Of a DNA stretch of 64,000 nucleotides, positions 1 to 10,273 are shown piece after piece. The translations under genes and the position numbers were made by a program. The stretch spans positions 209,178 through 273,177 of the forward strand of contig CAVYEL010000006.1 in assembly GCA_963767555.1 (NCBI GenBank), in the 5' to 3' direction. A model generated the notes under the pieces. The model worked only from the letters and a program-made list of their open reading frames with translations. It was not told the origin of the DNA and ran no database searches. Each line of letters begins with the position of its first letter. The stretch's first letter is position 1. This DNA is from an uncultured Bacteroidaceae bacterium (GTDB lineage: Bacteria; Bacteroidota; Bacteroidia; Bacteroidales; SM23-62).

Positions 1-90
1 AAATATTTTATGAATTACTTACGAAAAAATTCACTAAATTTGCGGTTCATTTGTCGGAGGTGAATACAAATCCAGTAAATTATTTTTAAA

Positions 91-852
91 ATGGTTGCAG
101 AAAAGGCAAAGGCAGGCGACGTCGCCGAAATGTCCGTAAAAGAGAAACTGAAGGCCTTGTATGACCTACAGCGGGTTGATACAGAGATAGATAAGATCAA
201 AATACTTCGTGGCGAACTACCCCTCGAAGTGCGGGACCTGGAGGATGAGATTGAAGGGCTGGAGACCCGGGTCGGTAATATTGAAGCAGAGGTGAAGACC
301 CTGCAGGAGTCAATATCCAAAAAGAACAACGAGGTTGCCAATGCCCAGGCCCTGATAAAAAAGTACGAAGAGCAGCAGAATAATGTAAGAAATAACAGGG
401 AATTTGATTCCCTTTCAAAAGAGATCGAATTTCAGACCCTGGAGATCGAACTCGCTGAAAAGAGGAAGAAGGAATTCAATGAACAGGTCGCGGAGAAGGA
501 ACAGCTTATTGCCGATTCTACTATAGTCCTGGATGAGAGGAAGGGCGATCTCAACAATAAGAAATCTGAGCTCGATGAGATCATCTCAGATACGCAGAAG
601 GAAGAGCAGGTACTGGATAAAAAGCGAGATAATATTGAAAACATCATTGAACCAAGGTTATACACTGCTTATGATAAGATCAGGAACAATGCCAGAAATG
701 GACTGGCAGTTGTAACTGTTGAACGGGATGCATGCGGTGGTTGTTTTAATAAGATCCCGCCTCAAAGACAATTGGATATCGCTTCGAGGAAAAAGATAAT
801 TGTCTGTGAATATTGCGGCAGGATACTTGTTAACACCGACGAGGAAGAATAA
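91..852 (+). CDS. zinc-ribbon domain protein (COG1579/DUF164-like coiled coil with C-terminal zinc ribbon)
   Basis: Intact 253-aa ORF. E/K/L-rich coiled-coil body. C-terminal CGGCFNKIP...VCEYCGRIL double CxxC. A hairpin terminator follows. Confidence 0.75.
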   Translation: MVAEKAKAGDVAEMSVKEKLKALYDLQRVDTEIDKIKILRGELPLEVRDLEDEIEGLETRVGNIEAEVKTLQESISKKNNEVANAQALIKKYEEQQNNVRNNREFDSLSKEIEFQTLEIELAEKRKKEFNEQVAEKEQLIADSTIVLDERKGDLNNKKSELDEIISDTQKEEQVLDKKRDNIENIIEPRLYTAYDKIRNNARNGLAVVTVERDACGGCFNKIPPQRQLDIASRKKIIVCEYCGRILVNTDEEE

Positions 853-875
853 GATCCTGGAGAATTGTATTTAAC

Positions 876-908
876 AGGCTGTCCAATCTAATCGACAGCC
901 TTTTTTTT
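876..908 (+). terminator. rho-independent terminator
   Basis: aggctgtc-N10-gacagcct stem followed by a T8 run, 24 nt after the stop at 852. Confidence 0.6.
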
Positions 909-911
909 AAG

Positions 912-2373
912 TTGGCAAAGATCAAAAAGTATATCGCCATTTGCCTGGTATTGATCGGAACCACAACCAGGGCCATCCCGCAAGAGACTTCGTCAGAACC
1001 ATATTCCACAGTACTCAGACAAATTCTCAGCCTCCAATTTGAAGCTGCGGATAAGCTGATCACCAGGTTTTCCGGAGACCCTGAGAGGGGGCCCGATATG
1101 ATATATCTTCGAAATTACCTGGAGTTTTTTGAAAGCCTGATTGCAGGGGACTTGCCCGGCTATGAAGCATATCTGTCTCGGGCCCAGGCCCGGCTGGACT
1201 CCATTCAATCGGATTACCCCCATCTATCTGAGTGCCTGCCCATGATATCGGCCATTCACCTTCAGTCTTCTTTCCTGAATGCCATCCATGGTGAGAACTT
1301 CAAAGCCGCCCGTAATTTTTATGTAGCCAAAAGATATTCCCGGCAAACTGAATCTGTCCGGCCGGGAGATCCTTTTAATGACAAACTTGAAGGATTGATC
1401 AATATCATTGCGGGTTCAGCCCCGGCTGAATACCACTGGATGATGAAAATTTTCGGCATCAAAGGGGATGTACCCCTCGGCCTGGATCAGCTTGTAGAAT
1501 ACCACAAAGGTACATCAGGGGCCGACAGGCTCGAATCCTGCCTGATCCTGCTGTATGCACGCCAGGTTACAGGGCAGGGGACAGAAGATCAGCATGATGG
1601 TTGCAGTGAAGACACGGTTACCCTGCACCGGTACTTTCATGCTTATCATGCTCTCAAATCGGGTCACAGCAGGGAGGTAATTGAGTTATTGAATACATGG
1701 AAGCAGGACCAGGGAGAAACAACTCTTCCCTATCTTGACCTCTTGCTTGGTGAAGCGCTACTGAATAGCAGCCATCCTGGGGCCGGAGATCACCTCATTC
1801 GTTTTTTGCACAGGTCACAGGGGGATCATTATGTAAAAACTGCATGGCATAAACTCAGCTGGCATCATTTTCTTGAAGGTGATTCTGCCGCTTACTACAT
1901 GGCAAGGGATAATGTGATAAAAGAAGGAAAGGGGATACTGGATGCTGACAAACAGGCCTTCAGGGAGGCAAATGAGGATGGCCTTCCCAATGCTTTTTTG
2001 TTAAGATCGAGGTTATATTTTGATGGAGGATATTACCAGAGATCCTTATGAAACCCTTCAACAGGTTGATCAGGGTGACCTGGCCAGCAGAAAGGATTCG
2101 ATGGAGTACACCTATCGGCTTGCCCGTATCGCGGACCGGCTTGGAGAAAGAGATGAAGCCGTAGCGAGATATCATGAAGTAGTTGAGGCGGGGACAGGCT
2201 CGACCTGGTATTTTCCTTCCAATGCTGCCCTCCAACTGGGAAAAATCTATGAGGAAAGGGGGGATACGGCAATGGCCCTGGGATTTTACCAGACCTGCCT
2301 TAAGATGAACAGGTCTGCCTACAGGAACAGCATTGGGAACAAGGCCAAAGGGGGTATCAAAAGATTAAGATAA
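912..2373 (+). CDS. secreted TPR-repeat protein of unknown function, interrupted by one apparent frameshift near 2020-2051
   Basis: ORFs 912-2051 and 2020-2373 are collinear. TTG start gives a hydrophobic N-terminus (IAICLVLIGTTT). The C-terminus has TPR-like repeats (EAVARYHEVVEAG...ALQLGKIYEERGDTAMALGFYQTCL). Confidence 0.5.
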
Positions 2374-2375
2374 AA

Positions 2376-3417
2376 TTATTCCTTTGCGTTGTAGAAACTG
2401 TTCTCCGGTACATTTTGGAGATGTTCCCTGGTATCCTCATAAAACTGCCTGAAGCCGGATAATTCGGTTTCGTTAAAACCCATACTATCGATCTCTTCCT
2501 CCGCCAGGCTGGCAGGGATCAGGCGGAATTTCTGCTTATCTCCCTCGCAGGGGTTTATGCACCCAGACAGGAAGATAGTCGATCCCGGAGATCCTTGTCC
2601 GGTCCGTTTTTTCCAGTTCAAGTCCGAAAATAATACCACCATCCCGGTACCGGTCCCGCTGGTTAGAAATAAAATTCCCCAACGAATAGACAACAAGATG
2701 AAAAAATCCTGTATCAGTCCGGGTATATTTTACGGGTTGCACAACATGAGGATGTGAACCGATGATGACATCTACTCCATGCCTGAACAGGAATTCTGCG
2801 AGTTCACGCTGCCCGGGATCTTCCTGGCGCTGGTACTCTTTCCCCCAGTGGACAGTGGCAATCACAAAATCAGGTTCAACCAGTTTCACCTTCTCAATAT
2901 CCCGTTGTATCATTAAAGTATCGATATAATTAACGATGTATGGAGTGTCAGCCTGCAGCCCATTTGTACCATAGGTATAATTCAGCATGGCCAGCAAAAT
3001 ATCATTCTTCTCCAGGATGAGGGGGTAAGTTTGTTTCCGGTGGCCTGAAGAAATAAAGGATCCGGTCAGGATCAAGCCTTTGTTGCCAGTCACTTCCTGT
3101 GTTCTTTCGAGTCCCTCACCACCCCTGTCAAGTGCATGGTTGTTGGCATTGACAAGGACATTAAACCCAGCGTTCTTCAGGCCATCCAGCAGGGCATCGG
3201 GGCTGGAAAATCGGGGGTATCCCTTGTATGGGGGACCTGCCAGGGTTACCTCCAGGTTGGCCACCGCAATGTCAGCATTCCCCAGATAAGGTTTCAGATA
3301 GGAGAAACAATCCATGTAATCATAGGAATCCGAGGAATCGACATATGCTGCATTGATCTGTGAATCATGCCCCATGATATCTCCAGCGAAAACAATCCTC
3401 AGGGAATTCTTATTCAA
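2376..3417 (-). CDS. CapA-family (PGA_cap) metallophosphatase-like protein, one apparent frameshift near 2540-2560
   Basis: 293-aa ORF starts with IVFAGDIMGHD and contains NLEVTLAG and NANNHALDRG motifs typical of CapA. The C-terminal ~50 aa continue in ORF 2376-2696. Confidence 0.7.
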
Positions 3418-3570
3418 CCCGTGTCCCCGCCAGCTTCATCACCGGCAAACCCATGCCTACACCCGACTGCCACAAACCATAAAAGTATATGATCTTATAA
3501 TATCTCATCTACATCTGTTTAAAGTGCGCACACTCACACCCACACTCACACCCAGGCCTTCATGCCTTCA

Positions 3571-4368
3571 TTACCAGCTTCCACTGGCACCACCACCGCC
3601 GAAACTGCCACCACCTCCACCACCAAATCCTCCGCCACCGAATCCTCCACTGCCTGAACTGAAGCCTCCAAAACTGCCGGAATGTGAACTCCCCGAGCCA
3701 CTGGCGAGGAACAGCGCCAGCAACCAGGGGACCTTATGCCCCACGGAATATTGTCTGGCTGATCTGCTGCGGCTGACAACCCAGGCGAAGATAATAAAGG
3801 CAATAAATATAAGCTGTGGAATGATGGAGCCTTCCTCCGTCTGGTTTCGCTGCAGGTATTCATCAGCCGTATACTCTCCCCTGGTGAGTTCCATCAGCGT
3901 ATTACAGGCTGTGGAAATTCCCCCGTAATAATCCTGCTCCCTGAAAAGCGGGATCATATCAAAGTCGATGATATGATGAGCGGTGATATCCGGTACCGCG
4001 CCTTCAAGTCCATAGCCTGTGGAAATATTTACATCCCCACTTTGCCTGTCGGGTGATGGGTTCAGCAGGATGACGGCTCCATTGTCCTTGCCATTGGTCC
4101 CAACACCCCATTTCTCTCCAAGTCTCTGGGTAAAATCCGCAATGTCATATCCAGCAATATCATCCAGGATGACGACATAGATCTGTGTGGAGGTTTCATA
4201 ATAGAAGTCCTGTAATTTCTTTTCCAGTGTTTCCCGGTCCCCCGCCTCCAGCAGGCCAGAAAAGTCATTCACCATCCTGGGGGGTTGCATGGGATCAGGT
4301 ATATCCTGACCGGTCCCCGTAAAAGGTATAAACAGACCTGCGAGTAATATAATGATCAGTTTCTTCAT
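3571..4368 (-). CDS. TPM-domain protein (YgcG-like) with TM helix and Gly-rich tail
   Basis: Intact 265-aa ORF with a signal peptide, a TPM-type body (VNDFSGLL...LEKKL..F...T..QI.VV) and a C-terminal GGFGGGGFGGGGGGSFGGGG tail. Lies in the LemA-TPM-TPM arrangement. Confidence 0.75.
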   Translation of the reverse strand: MKKLIIILLAGLFIPFTGTGQDIPDPMQPPRMVNDFSGLLEAGDRETLEKKLQDFYYETSTQIYVVILDDIAGYDIADFTQRLGEKWGVGTNGKDNGAVILLNPSPDRQSGDVNISTGYGLEGAVPDITAHHIIDFDMIPLFREQDYYGGISTACNTLMELTRGEYTADEYLQRNQTEEGSIIPQLIFIAFIIFAWVVSRSRSARQYSVGHKVPWLLALFLASGSGSSHSGSFGGFSSGSGGFGGGGFGGGGGGSFGGGGASGSW

Positions 4369-4818
4369 TCTTCTATGGTTTCGTCTCCAAATGATATATC
4401 ATCGGGCAATTCATTTACATCGTCATCCTGGAATGGGAAATGTTCCTGCAATTGCAACCCGGCTTCCCGGATCCCCAATGCAAGTCCCTCAGCAAACCTC
4501 CCTTCGATGAATTCCCCCTGCATCTTATCCTTGATCTTGTCCCAGATAATCCTCCGGTGTGACTGCATTGATCCCGGCATCACCCAGGATGGCAAACTTA
4601 TGGTCATCAACGGCAAGGTAGAACAAAACCCCATTTCTTTTTTCGGTCTTGTGCATGCCAAGCTTTTCAAAGAGATAGGCCCCCCTGTCAAGGACATCAC
4701 CCTTGCAATGCCTTTCTATGTGGACCCGGATCTCTCCCGAAGTATCCATTTCGGCATCGGCTACGGCCTGCCGGATCTGGTCTTTCTGATCCCTGCTGAA
4801 AAAACGGGATGGTTGCAT
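4365..4818 (-). CDS. TPM-domain protein, one apparent frameshift near 4540
   Basis: ORF 4525-4818 (FFSRDQKDQIRQAVADAEMDTSGEIRVHIE...GVLFYLAVDDHKFAILGD) continues in ORF 4365-4700 (WDKIKDKMQGEFIEGRFAEGL...). Its stop overlaps the next gene's start. Confidence 0.7.
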
Positions 4819-4821
4819 GAT

Positions 4822-5417
4822 CTAGAATTCTACGGTTGGCGCTACTTCGCTTCCTTCCGCTGACTCGAAATAGCCTTTCGTTTCAAAGCCGAATATCGAG
4901 GCTAGAATGTTTTAGGGAAATCTCCTGATAAAGGTATTGTAGTCCCGTGTGGATCATTGAATTTTCTTCTTTCCACAGCAATGCGGTTCTCTGTACTTTC
5001 CAGCTGCTGTTGCAGGTCCAGGAAGTTCTGGTTGGCTTTCAGATCAGGGTACCTTTCGACCACGACCATCAGCCTTGACAATGCTGAGCTCAAACCATCC
5101 TGGGCAGCCTGGAATTGTTGAATGGCTGCTGGATCCAGGTTTTCAGGATTGATATTAACACTTGTGGCCTTGGCCCTGGCTTCGATCACCTGGGTGAGGG
5201 TTTCCTTTTCAAAGTCAGCATAGCCCTTAACCGTGTTTACCAGGTTGGGGATGAGATCAGCCCGGCGCTGGTAGGCTGTTTCAACCTGGGCCCATTGTCC
5301 GGCTAACTGCTTCGTCCATTTCCACCATACGGTTGTAACTGCCGCAGCCTGATAATAATGGCGATAGCAAGTAGTCCAGGATGAGATGTAAGTGGATTGT
5401 CTTTTTGTGATTTTCAT
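4822..5417 (-). CDS. lemA: LemA family protein, about 4 apparent frameshifts
   Basis: Core reads [34 protein letters not shown]...[30 protein letters not shown]. The C-terminus [29 protein letters not shown] is in another frame and ends at 4822. The N-terminal TM segment and [14 protein letters not shown] are in two further frames. Confidence 0.8.
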
Positions 5418-5552
5418 GATATGGGTTTTTTAATTAATAAAAGTAATATACTGATACAAGTATAACAAAATTTAATCCATTCCTTCCAAGGTGTTTTTCA
5501 ATATAAATCTTGACATGATTTGTTCTTACATTTACCCCATAAGTATGAAATT

Positions 5553-7570
5553 ATGACAGATAGTGAATTCAGAAAGGCAATCCGGGAAGGCATACCCGAT
5601 GAGTTACCCCCCATCAAACCATTTGATCATGAGGTAAATCATGCACCCAGGAGAAAGGATATATTATCCCTTGAAGAAAAAAAGCTGGCCATCCGGAATG
5701 CACTTCGGTATTTTCCCGAAAAGCATCATGGGTCCTGGCCGGGGAATTTGCCAATGAACTGATGGAATATGGACGAATATATATGTATCGATTCCGGCCT
5801 GATTATAAGATATTTGCACGTGAAATCCAGGCATTTCCACACCGGTCAAAGCAGGCAGCAGCCATCATGCTGATGCTGAGTAATAACCTTGATGAGGCGG
5901 TGGCCCAGCATCCCCATGAGCTGATTACCTATGGAGGGAATGGTGCTGTATTTCAGAACTGGGCCCAGTACCGGCTGACGATGAAATACCTGGCAGGGAT
6001 GACTGATCAGCAAACCCTTGTGCTTTATTCCGGGCATCCCATGGGTTTGTTTCCTTCCCAGCCGGGAGCACCCAGGGTGGTGGTTACGAATGGGATGGTC
6101 ATTCCCAACTATTCCTCACCTGATGATTATGAGAAATTCAATGCCCTGGGGGTCAGCCAGTATGGACAGATGACCGCAGGCTCATTCATGTATATCGGTC
6201 CCCAGGGAATCGTCCACGGCACCCCATTACCCTCCTGAATGCCGGCAGGAAAAAATCCGGAAGTGATGGAGGTGACCTGGGGGGACAGGTATTCGTCAGC
6301 TCGGGACTCGGAGGCATGTCCGGGGCACAACCCAGGGCCACAGAAATAGCCGGAGGAATCTGCCTGGTGGCCGAGGTCAATCCGAAGGTCATTGAGACAA
6401 GGCACAGCCAGGGCTGGGTCTCAGAAGTCCACTCCGACCTTGACCGGATGCTGTCAAGGATGGAAAAGGCCCAAAAGCAAAAAGAAGCCATTTCGCTTGC
6501 CTACCATGGGAATGTGGTTGACCTCTGGGAAAAACTTGTGAAAGAAGATGTGGATGTAAAACTCGGTTCAGACCAGACATCCCTTCATAATCCCTATGCT
6601 GGAGGGTATTATCCTGTTGGACTTTCCTACGAGGATGCGAATAAATTGATGGCGGAACAGCCCGGGATTTTTCAGCAAAGGGTGCATGAATCCCTGAAAC
6701 GGCAGGTGGATGCCATCAACATCATGGCCCGGCGCGGCATGTATTTCTGGGATTACGGAAATGCTTTTCTCCTGGAAGCCGGCAGGGCAGGGGCAGACAT
6801 TTTTCAGGCATCAGGAATGTACCGCTACCCTTCTTATGTCCAGGATATCATGGGCCCCTTGTTTTTTGATTATGGCTTTGGTCCTTTTCGCTGGGTCTGT
6901 TGTTCTTCGAGGAAAGAAGATCTAAAAATAACTGATGAGATTGCCGGCAGGGTACTGGAAGAAATGAGTACAAACTCACCCGAAAGAATAAGAAACCAGT
7001 TGCTGGATAATCTGCATTGGATCAGGGAGGCGGGCAGGAATAAACTGGTAGTGGGATCGCAGGCCCGCATCCTTTATGCCGATGCAGAAGGAAGGGTCAA
7101 AATTGCCAGGGCCTTTAATGATGCTATTCGTGAAAAACGTATTATCTGCACCTGTCGTTATCGGACGTGACCATCATGATGTCAGCGGTACGGATTCCCC
7201 TTACAGAGAGACTTCCAATATTTATGACGGTTCCAGTTTTACTGCCGATATGGCTGTTCAGAATGTCATTGGAGATGCCTTCCGGGGAGCCACCTGGGTA
7301 TCACTTCATAATGGTGGTGGCGTGGGCTGGGGAGAAGTGATCAACGGTGGATTTGGCATGGTTTTAGATGGTACTCCAGAGGCGGAACAACGCTTGCAAA
7401 ATATGCTCTTCTGGGATGTTAACAATGGTATCGCCCGGAGAAGCTGGGCCAGGAATGAGGCGGCCATTTTTACGATTGAAAGGGAGATGGACCGGTTTCC
7501 TGACCTGAAGGTAACCGTTCCGAACCTTGTGGATGAGAAGATCGTAGACAGTGTTATCGACAAAAAGTGA
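5553..7570 (+). CDS. hutU: urocanate hydratase, 3 apparent frameshifts
   Basis: Four collinear ORF pieces (5520-5762, 5762-6238, 6316-7170, 7076-7570) have urocanase-like sequence (QAAAIMLMLSNNLDEAVAQHPHELITYGGNGAVFQNW, GSFMYIGPQGIVHGT, GRDHHDVSGTDSPYRETSN). The first break is a G-run indel near 5728. Confidence 0.85.
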
Positions 7571-7577
7571 TGATCCT

Positions 7578-8031
7578 ATGAAATCAATACAAAGCCATCT
7601 GACAAAACTGAGGTTTGCAGGGATATTGCTTATCCTTGGCTTTCTGGCCTATTCCTGTGAGGACCTGCTTGGTCCGGATACCGGCATATGGAAGGGATAA
7701 TCTGGTTGATACATGGAAGGTGACTGAGGTGTCCAGCCCCTTGAAATCCGAGCAGGGAGCCTACTGGGTTGAGATTGAGAAACATCCGGATAAACAGAAC
7801 ATAATTCTGATTTACTTTTTTCATGGTCTTGGGGATGATGTTTATGCCGAGGCAAGCCTGAGCGGAACAACGCTGACATTGGGGTTGCAGGATCTGCCTG
7901 GGGGATGGACTGTCCAGGGCAGCGGTGAGATACAGAAAAATTGGAATGAGATAAACTGGAGCTACACAGCTGATGATGGCAGCGGTATTATAGATCAGGT
8001 TACAGCGGTATATACGAGGATCGGCCTGTAG
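7578..8031 (+). CDS. small lipoprotein of unknown function, one apparent frameshift near 7690
   Basis: ATG at 7578 gives MKSIQSHLTKLRFAGILLILGFLAYSC (lipobox) and then a stop. The body continues in ORF 7615-8031. Confidence 0.45.
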
Positions 8032-8044
8032 TCAGGATCTTGTC

Positions 8045-8404
8045 TTAGTATTCCCCGGAATTCAGCATGATCAGTGCGCAGTCCTCCACTGCCTCAATCT
8101 TTTTTTCCTGGAGAAGTTCGATGAATTCCGGATTGTGGGTGCCGGGATTGAAAATTACCCGGCGTGGCTTCAATCCGATAATGTAGTCATAATATTCAGG
8201 TTGCCGGTTGGCAGCCAGGTAAAGCAGGACGGTATCGACATCAGGAATTTCCGGCATTCCCGTCAGGATCTCTAACTCTTTTATTTCTCCGGCTTTTGTT
8301 CCTACCGGTATAACTTCATGGTCTCTTTTCAGAAGGCTTCTGACTGCCTTGTTAGAGTACCTTGAGTGATTGGGACTGGCTCCGAGCACTACGTTTTTTG
8401 ACAT
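8045..8404 (-). CDS. CoA-binding domain protein (YccU-like)
   Basis: MSKNVVLGASPNHSRYSNKAVRSLLKRDHEVIPVG is a typical CoA-binding N-terminus. The ORF is open up to 8461, but the internal ATG at 8404 fits family length. Confidence 0.7.
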   Translation of the reverse strand: MSKNVVLGASPNHSRYSNKAVRSLLKRDHEVIPVGTKAGEIKELEILTGMPEIPDVDTVLLYLAANRQPEYYDYIIGLKPRRVIFNPGTHNPEFIELLQEKKIEAVEDCALIMLNSGEY

Positions 8405-8481
8405 TTTCCCTGGGTACGGTTTAATTTTGTTTAATATAAACAAATTTAAACTTTTTTTCACAGATCAATGTCAGTAGAAAA

Positions 8482-8961
8482 TCAGATTTTTTCAAGAAGT
8501 ACAACGGAATATGCGGATACACCACTTTCATCTCCCACGAATCCCAGTTTTTCTGTGGTTGTAGCTTTAACCGAAAGCTGGTGGTAATCAATACCCAGGA
8601 CAGCTGATAATATCTTGATCATTTCCGGTATATGTTCACTGATCTTAGGTTTCTGAAGGCAGACGGTAGTATCCAGATTGGATATATCATACCCATGGAA
8701 ACGGATCAAATTGATCGTTTTTTCCAGCAGGATCTTGCTGTCTATGTTTTTAAATTCATCATCGGTATCCGGGAAATGCGTCCCGATATCTCCCAGGGCC
8801 AGTGCTCCCAGCATGGCATCGCAAATGGCATGTATCAGGACATCTCCGTCTGAATGGCCGACAGGTCCCCTGGAATGAGGCAGCCTGACTCCTCCGAGTA
8901 CAAATGGAATGCCTTCTTCCAGCCTGTGGACATCATACCCGATGCCTATCCTGAAATTCAT
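8482..8961 (-). CDS. ispF: 2-C-methyl-D-erythritol 2,4-cyclodiphosphate synthase
   Basis: Intact 159 aa with IGIGYDVHRL and GHSDGDVLIHAICDALLGA-type motifs. Confidence 0.95.
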   Translation of the reverse strand: MNFRIGIGYDVHRLEEGIPFVLGGVRLPHSRGPVGHSDGDVLIHAICDAMLGALALGDIGTHFPDTDDEFKNIDSKILLEKTINLIRFHGYDISNLDTTVCLQKPKISEHIPEMIKILSAVLGIDYHQLSVKATTTEKLGFVGDESGVSAYSVVLLEKI

Positions 8962-8984
8962 TATATAGAATGAAGGGTTTACTG

Positions 8985-10217
8985 TTAATTGCCGAATTCA
9001 AAGCCAAGCGTAAAACGCAATGTGTTGGCCAGGGGGTTCTGCTGCTTTACCGGGATCAGATAGGAGAAATCAAGTGAAAACACATTCAGCCTGAGTCCCA
9101 TACCCACGGTGAAATACTTGCGGTTACCCTTGGTTTCGTGCTCATGGAAATATCCTCCCCTGATGGCGAATTGTTTACGGTACCAGTATTCCATGCCGAT
9201 GCTGTAAGTAATTTCATGAACCTCTTCACGCCAGACGCTTCTGCTGCCGTCATCCATAACCACACCTGGTGCATCATAAAAAGACTGGAACATGCCGACA
9301 GGGACCGCAACATATGGATTTTTCCCGTATGCAATGACCTGGTTGCCTTCACTGTCCCTTATTGGGGCTCCTATACTGTCAGTGGCCCAGACCGGAGGCG
9401 TTGGCACCAGTAATTTGTTGACATCAGCCATTATTGAGATGGAGTTGTAATCATCCATGTTTATCGTCAATGCCCCACCAAGTCTCATATTTATGGGAAG
9501 GAATGATTTCTCCTGGTCAGCAGTATAAGATACTTTATTACCCATATTGGCTATCTGTATGCCCAGTCCCAATATAGCATCCTTATTTCCCAATCTCAGG
9601 TCAGGTCTGCGGTAATAAAAACCCAGATCACCGGCAATGGCCATGGCAGCTTTCGATTCACCACCCCCGACTGATTGTCCACCTGTAAGGTCAGAACGGA
9701 TGAAACGGAATACAATACCTCCGGAAAAATAATCTGTCAGCAGCCTTGAATATCCGGCATCAATGGCAAATTCATTGGGTACATAAATTCCCTGGGGTGT
9801 ACCGTAATTATCTGTAAATATTATTTGTCCAAGTGAAAAATACCGCAGTGCCGCACTGACTACCTGCTTGTCATCGATTTTATAGAAACCGGCCAGGTAG
9901 GCAAGGTTGATATCATTGATCAGCCTTCTCAGCCATGGTGTATAAGAAAGGGCAACACCTCCCTGACTTTCCATGAATGGATATTTGGCCGAATTCCAGT
10001 ATTGTGAATTTATATCAGGTTCACTGGCAACCCCAACATCACCCATTCCACCTGCCCTTGAATCGGGCGTGATGGTCATGAATGGTACCGCTGTTTGTAT
10101 GGCATTGAGCTGGGGCCCGCTGGGAGCAGTTCCGTTCTGGGCTACTGTGTAACCTCCTGAAACAAAGAAAAACAGAACTATCTGCAGACAAATACTTCTA
10201 ATCGATACAAACTTCAT
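8985..10217 (-). CDS. porV: type IX secretion system outer-membrane protein PorV (LptO)
   Basis: Intact 410 aa with a signal peptide and the PFMTITPDSRAGGMGDVGVAS motif. Beta-barrel-like sequence ending in F. Lies immediately downstream of porU. Confidence 0.85.
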   Translation of the reverse strand: MKFVSIRSICLQIVLFFFVSGGYTVAQNGTAPSGPQLNAIQTAVPFMTITPDSRAGGMGDVGVASEPDINSQYWNSAKYPFMESQGGVALSYTPWLRRLINDINLAYLAGFYKIDDKQVVSAALRYFSLGQIIFTDNYGTPQGIYVPNEFAIDAGYSRLLTDYFSGGIVFRFIRSDLTGGQSVGGGESKAAMAIAGDLGFYYRRPDLRLGNKDAILGLGIQIANMGNKVSYTADQEKSFLPINMRLGGALTINMDDYNSISIMADVNKLLVPTPPVWATDSIGAPIRDSEGNQVIAYGKNPYVAVPVGMFQSFYDAPGVVMDDGSRSVWREEVHEITYSIGMEYWYRKQFAIRGGYFHEHETKGNRKYFTVGMGLRLNVFSLDFSYLIPVKQQNPLANTLRFTLGFEFGN

Positions 10218-10273
10218 TACATTGATTTAAAGCGAAAACAAAGATAAATTAAATTTCCTATCTAACGTTTATT

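Noticed and set aside
3529-3552. CRISPR-like repeat
   Set aside because: There are only two directly adjacent 12-mers with no spacers. No other repeat-spacer structure was seen in the window.
3353-3928. 191-aa ORF with a striking poly-proline tract (PPPPKLPPPPPPNPPPPNPP)
   Set aside because: The proline run is simply the reverse complement of the Gly-rich tail (GGFGGGG...) of the TPM-domain gene on the minus strand.
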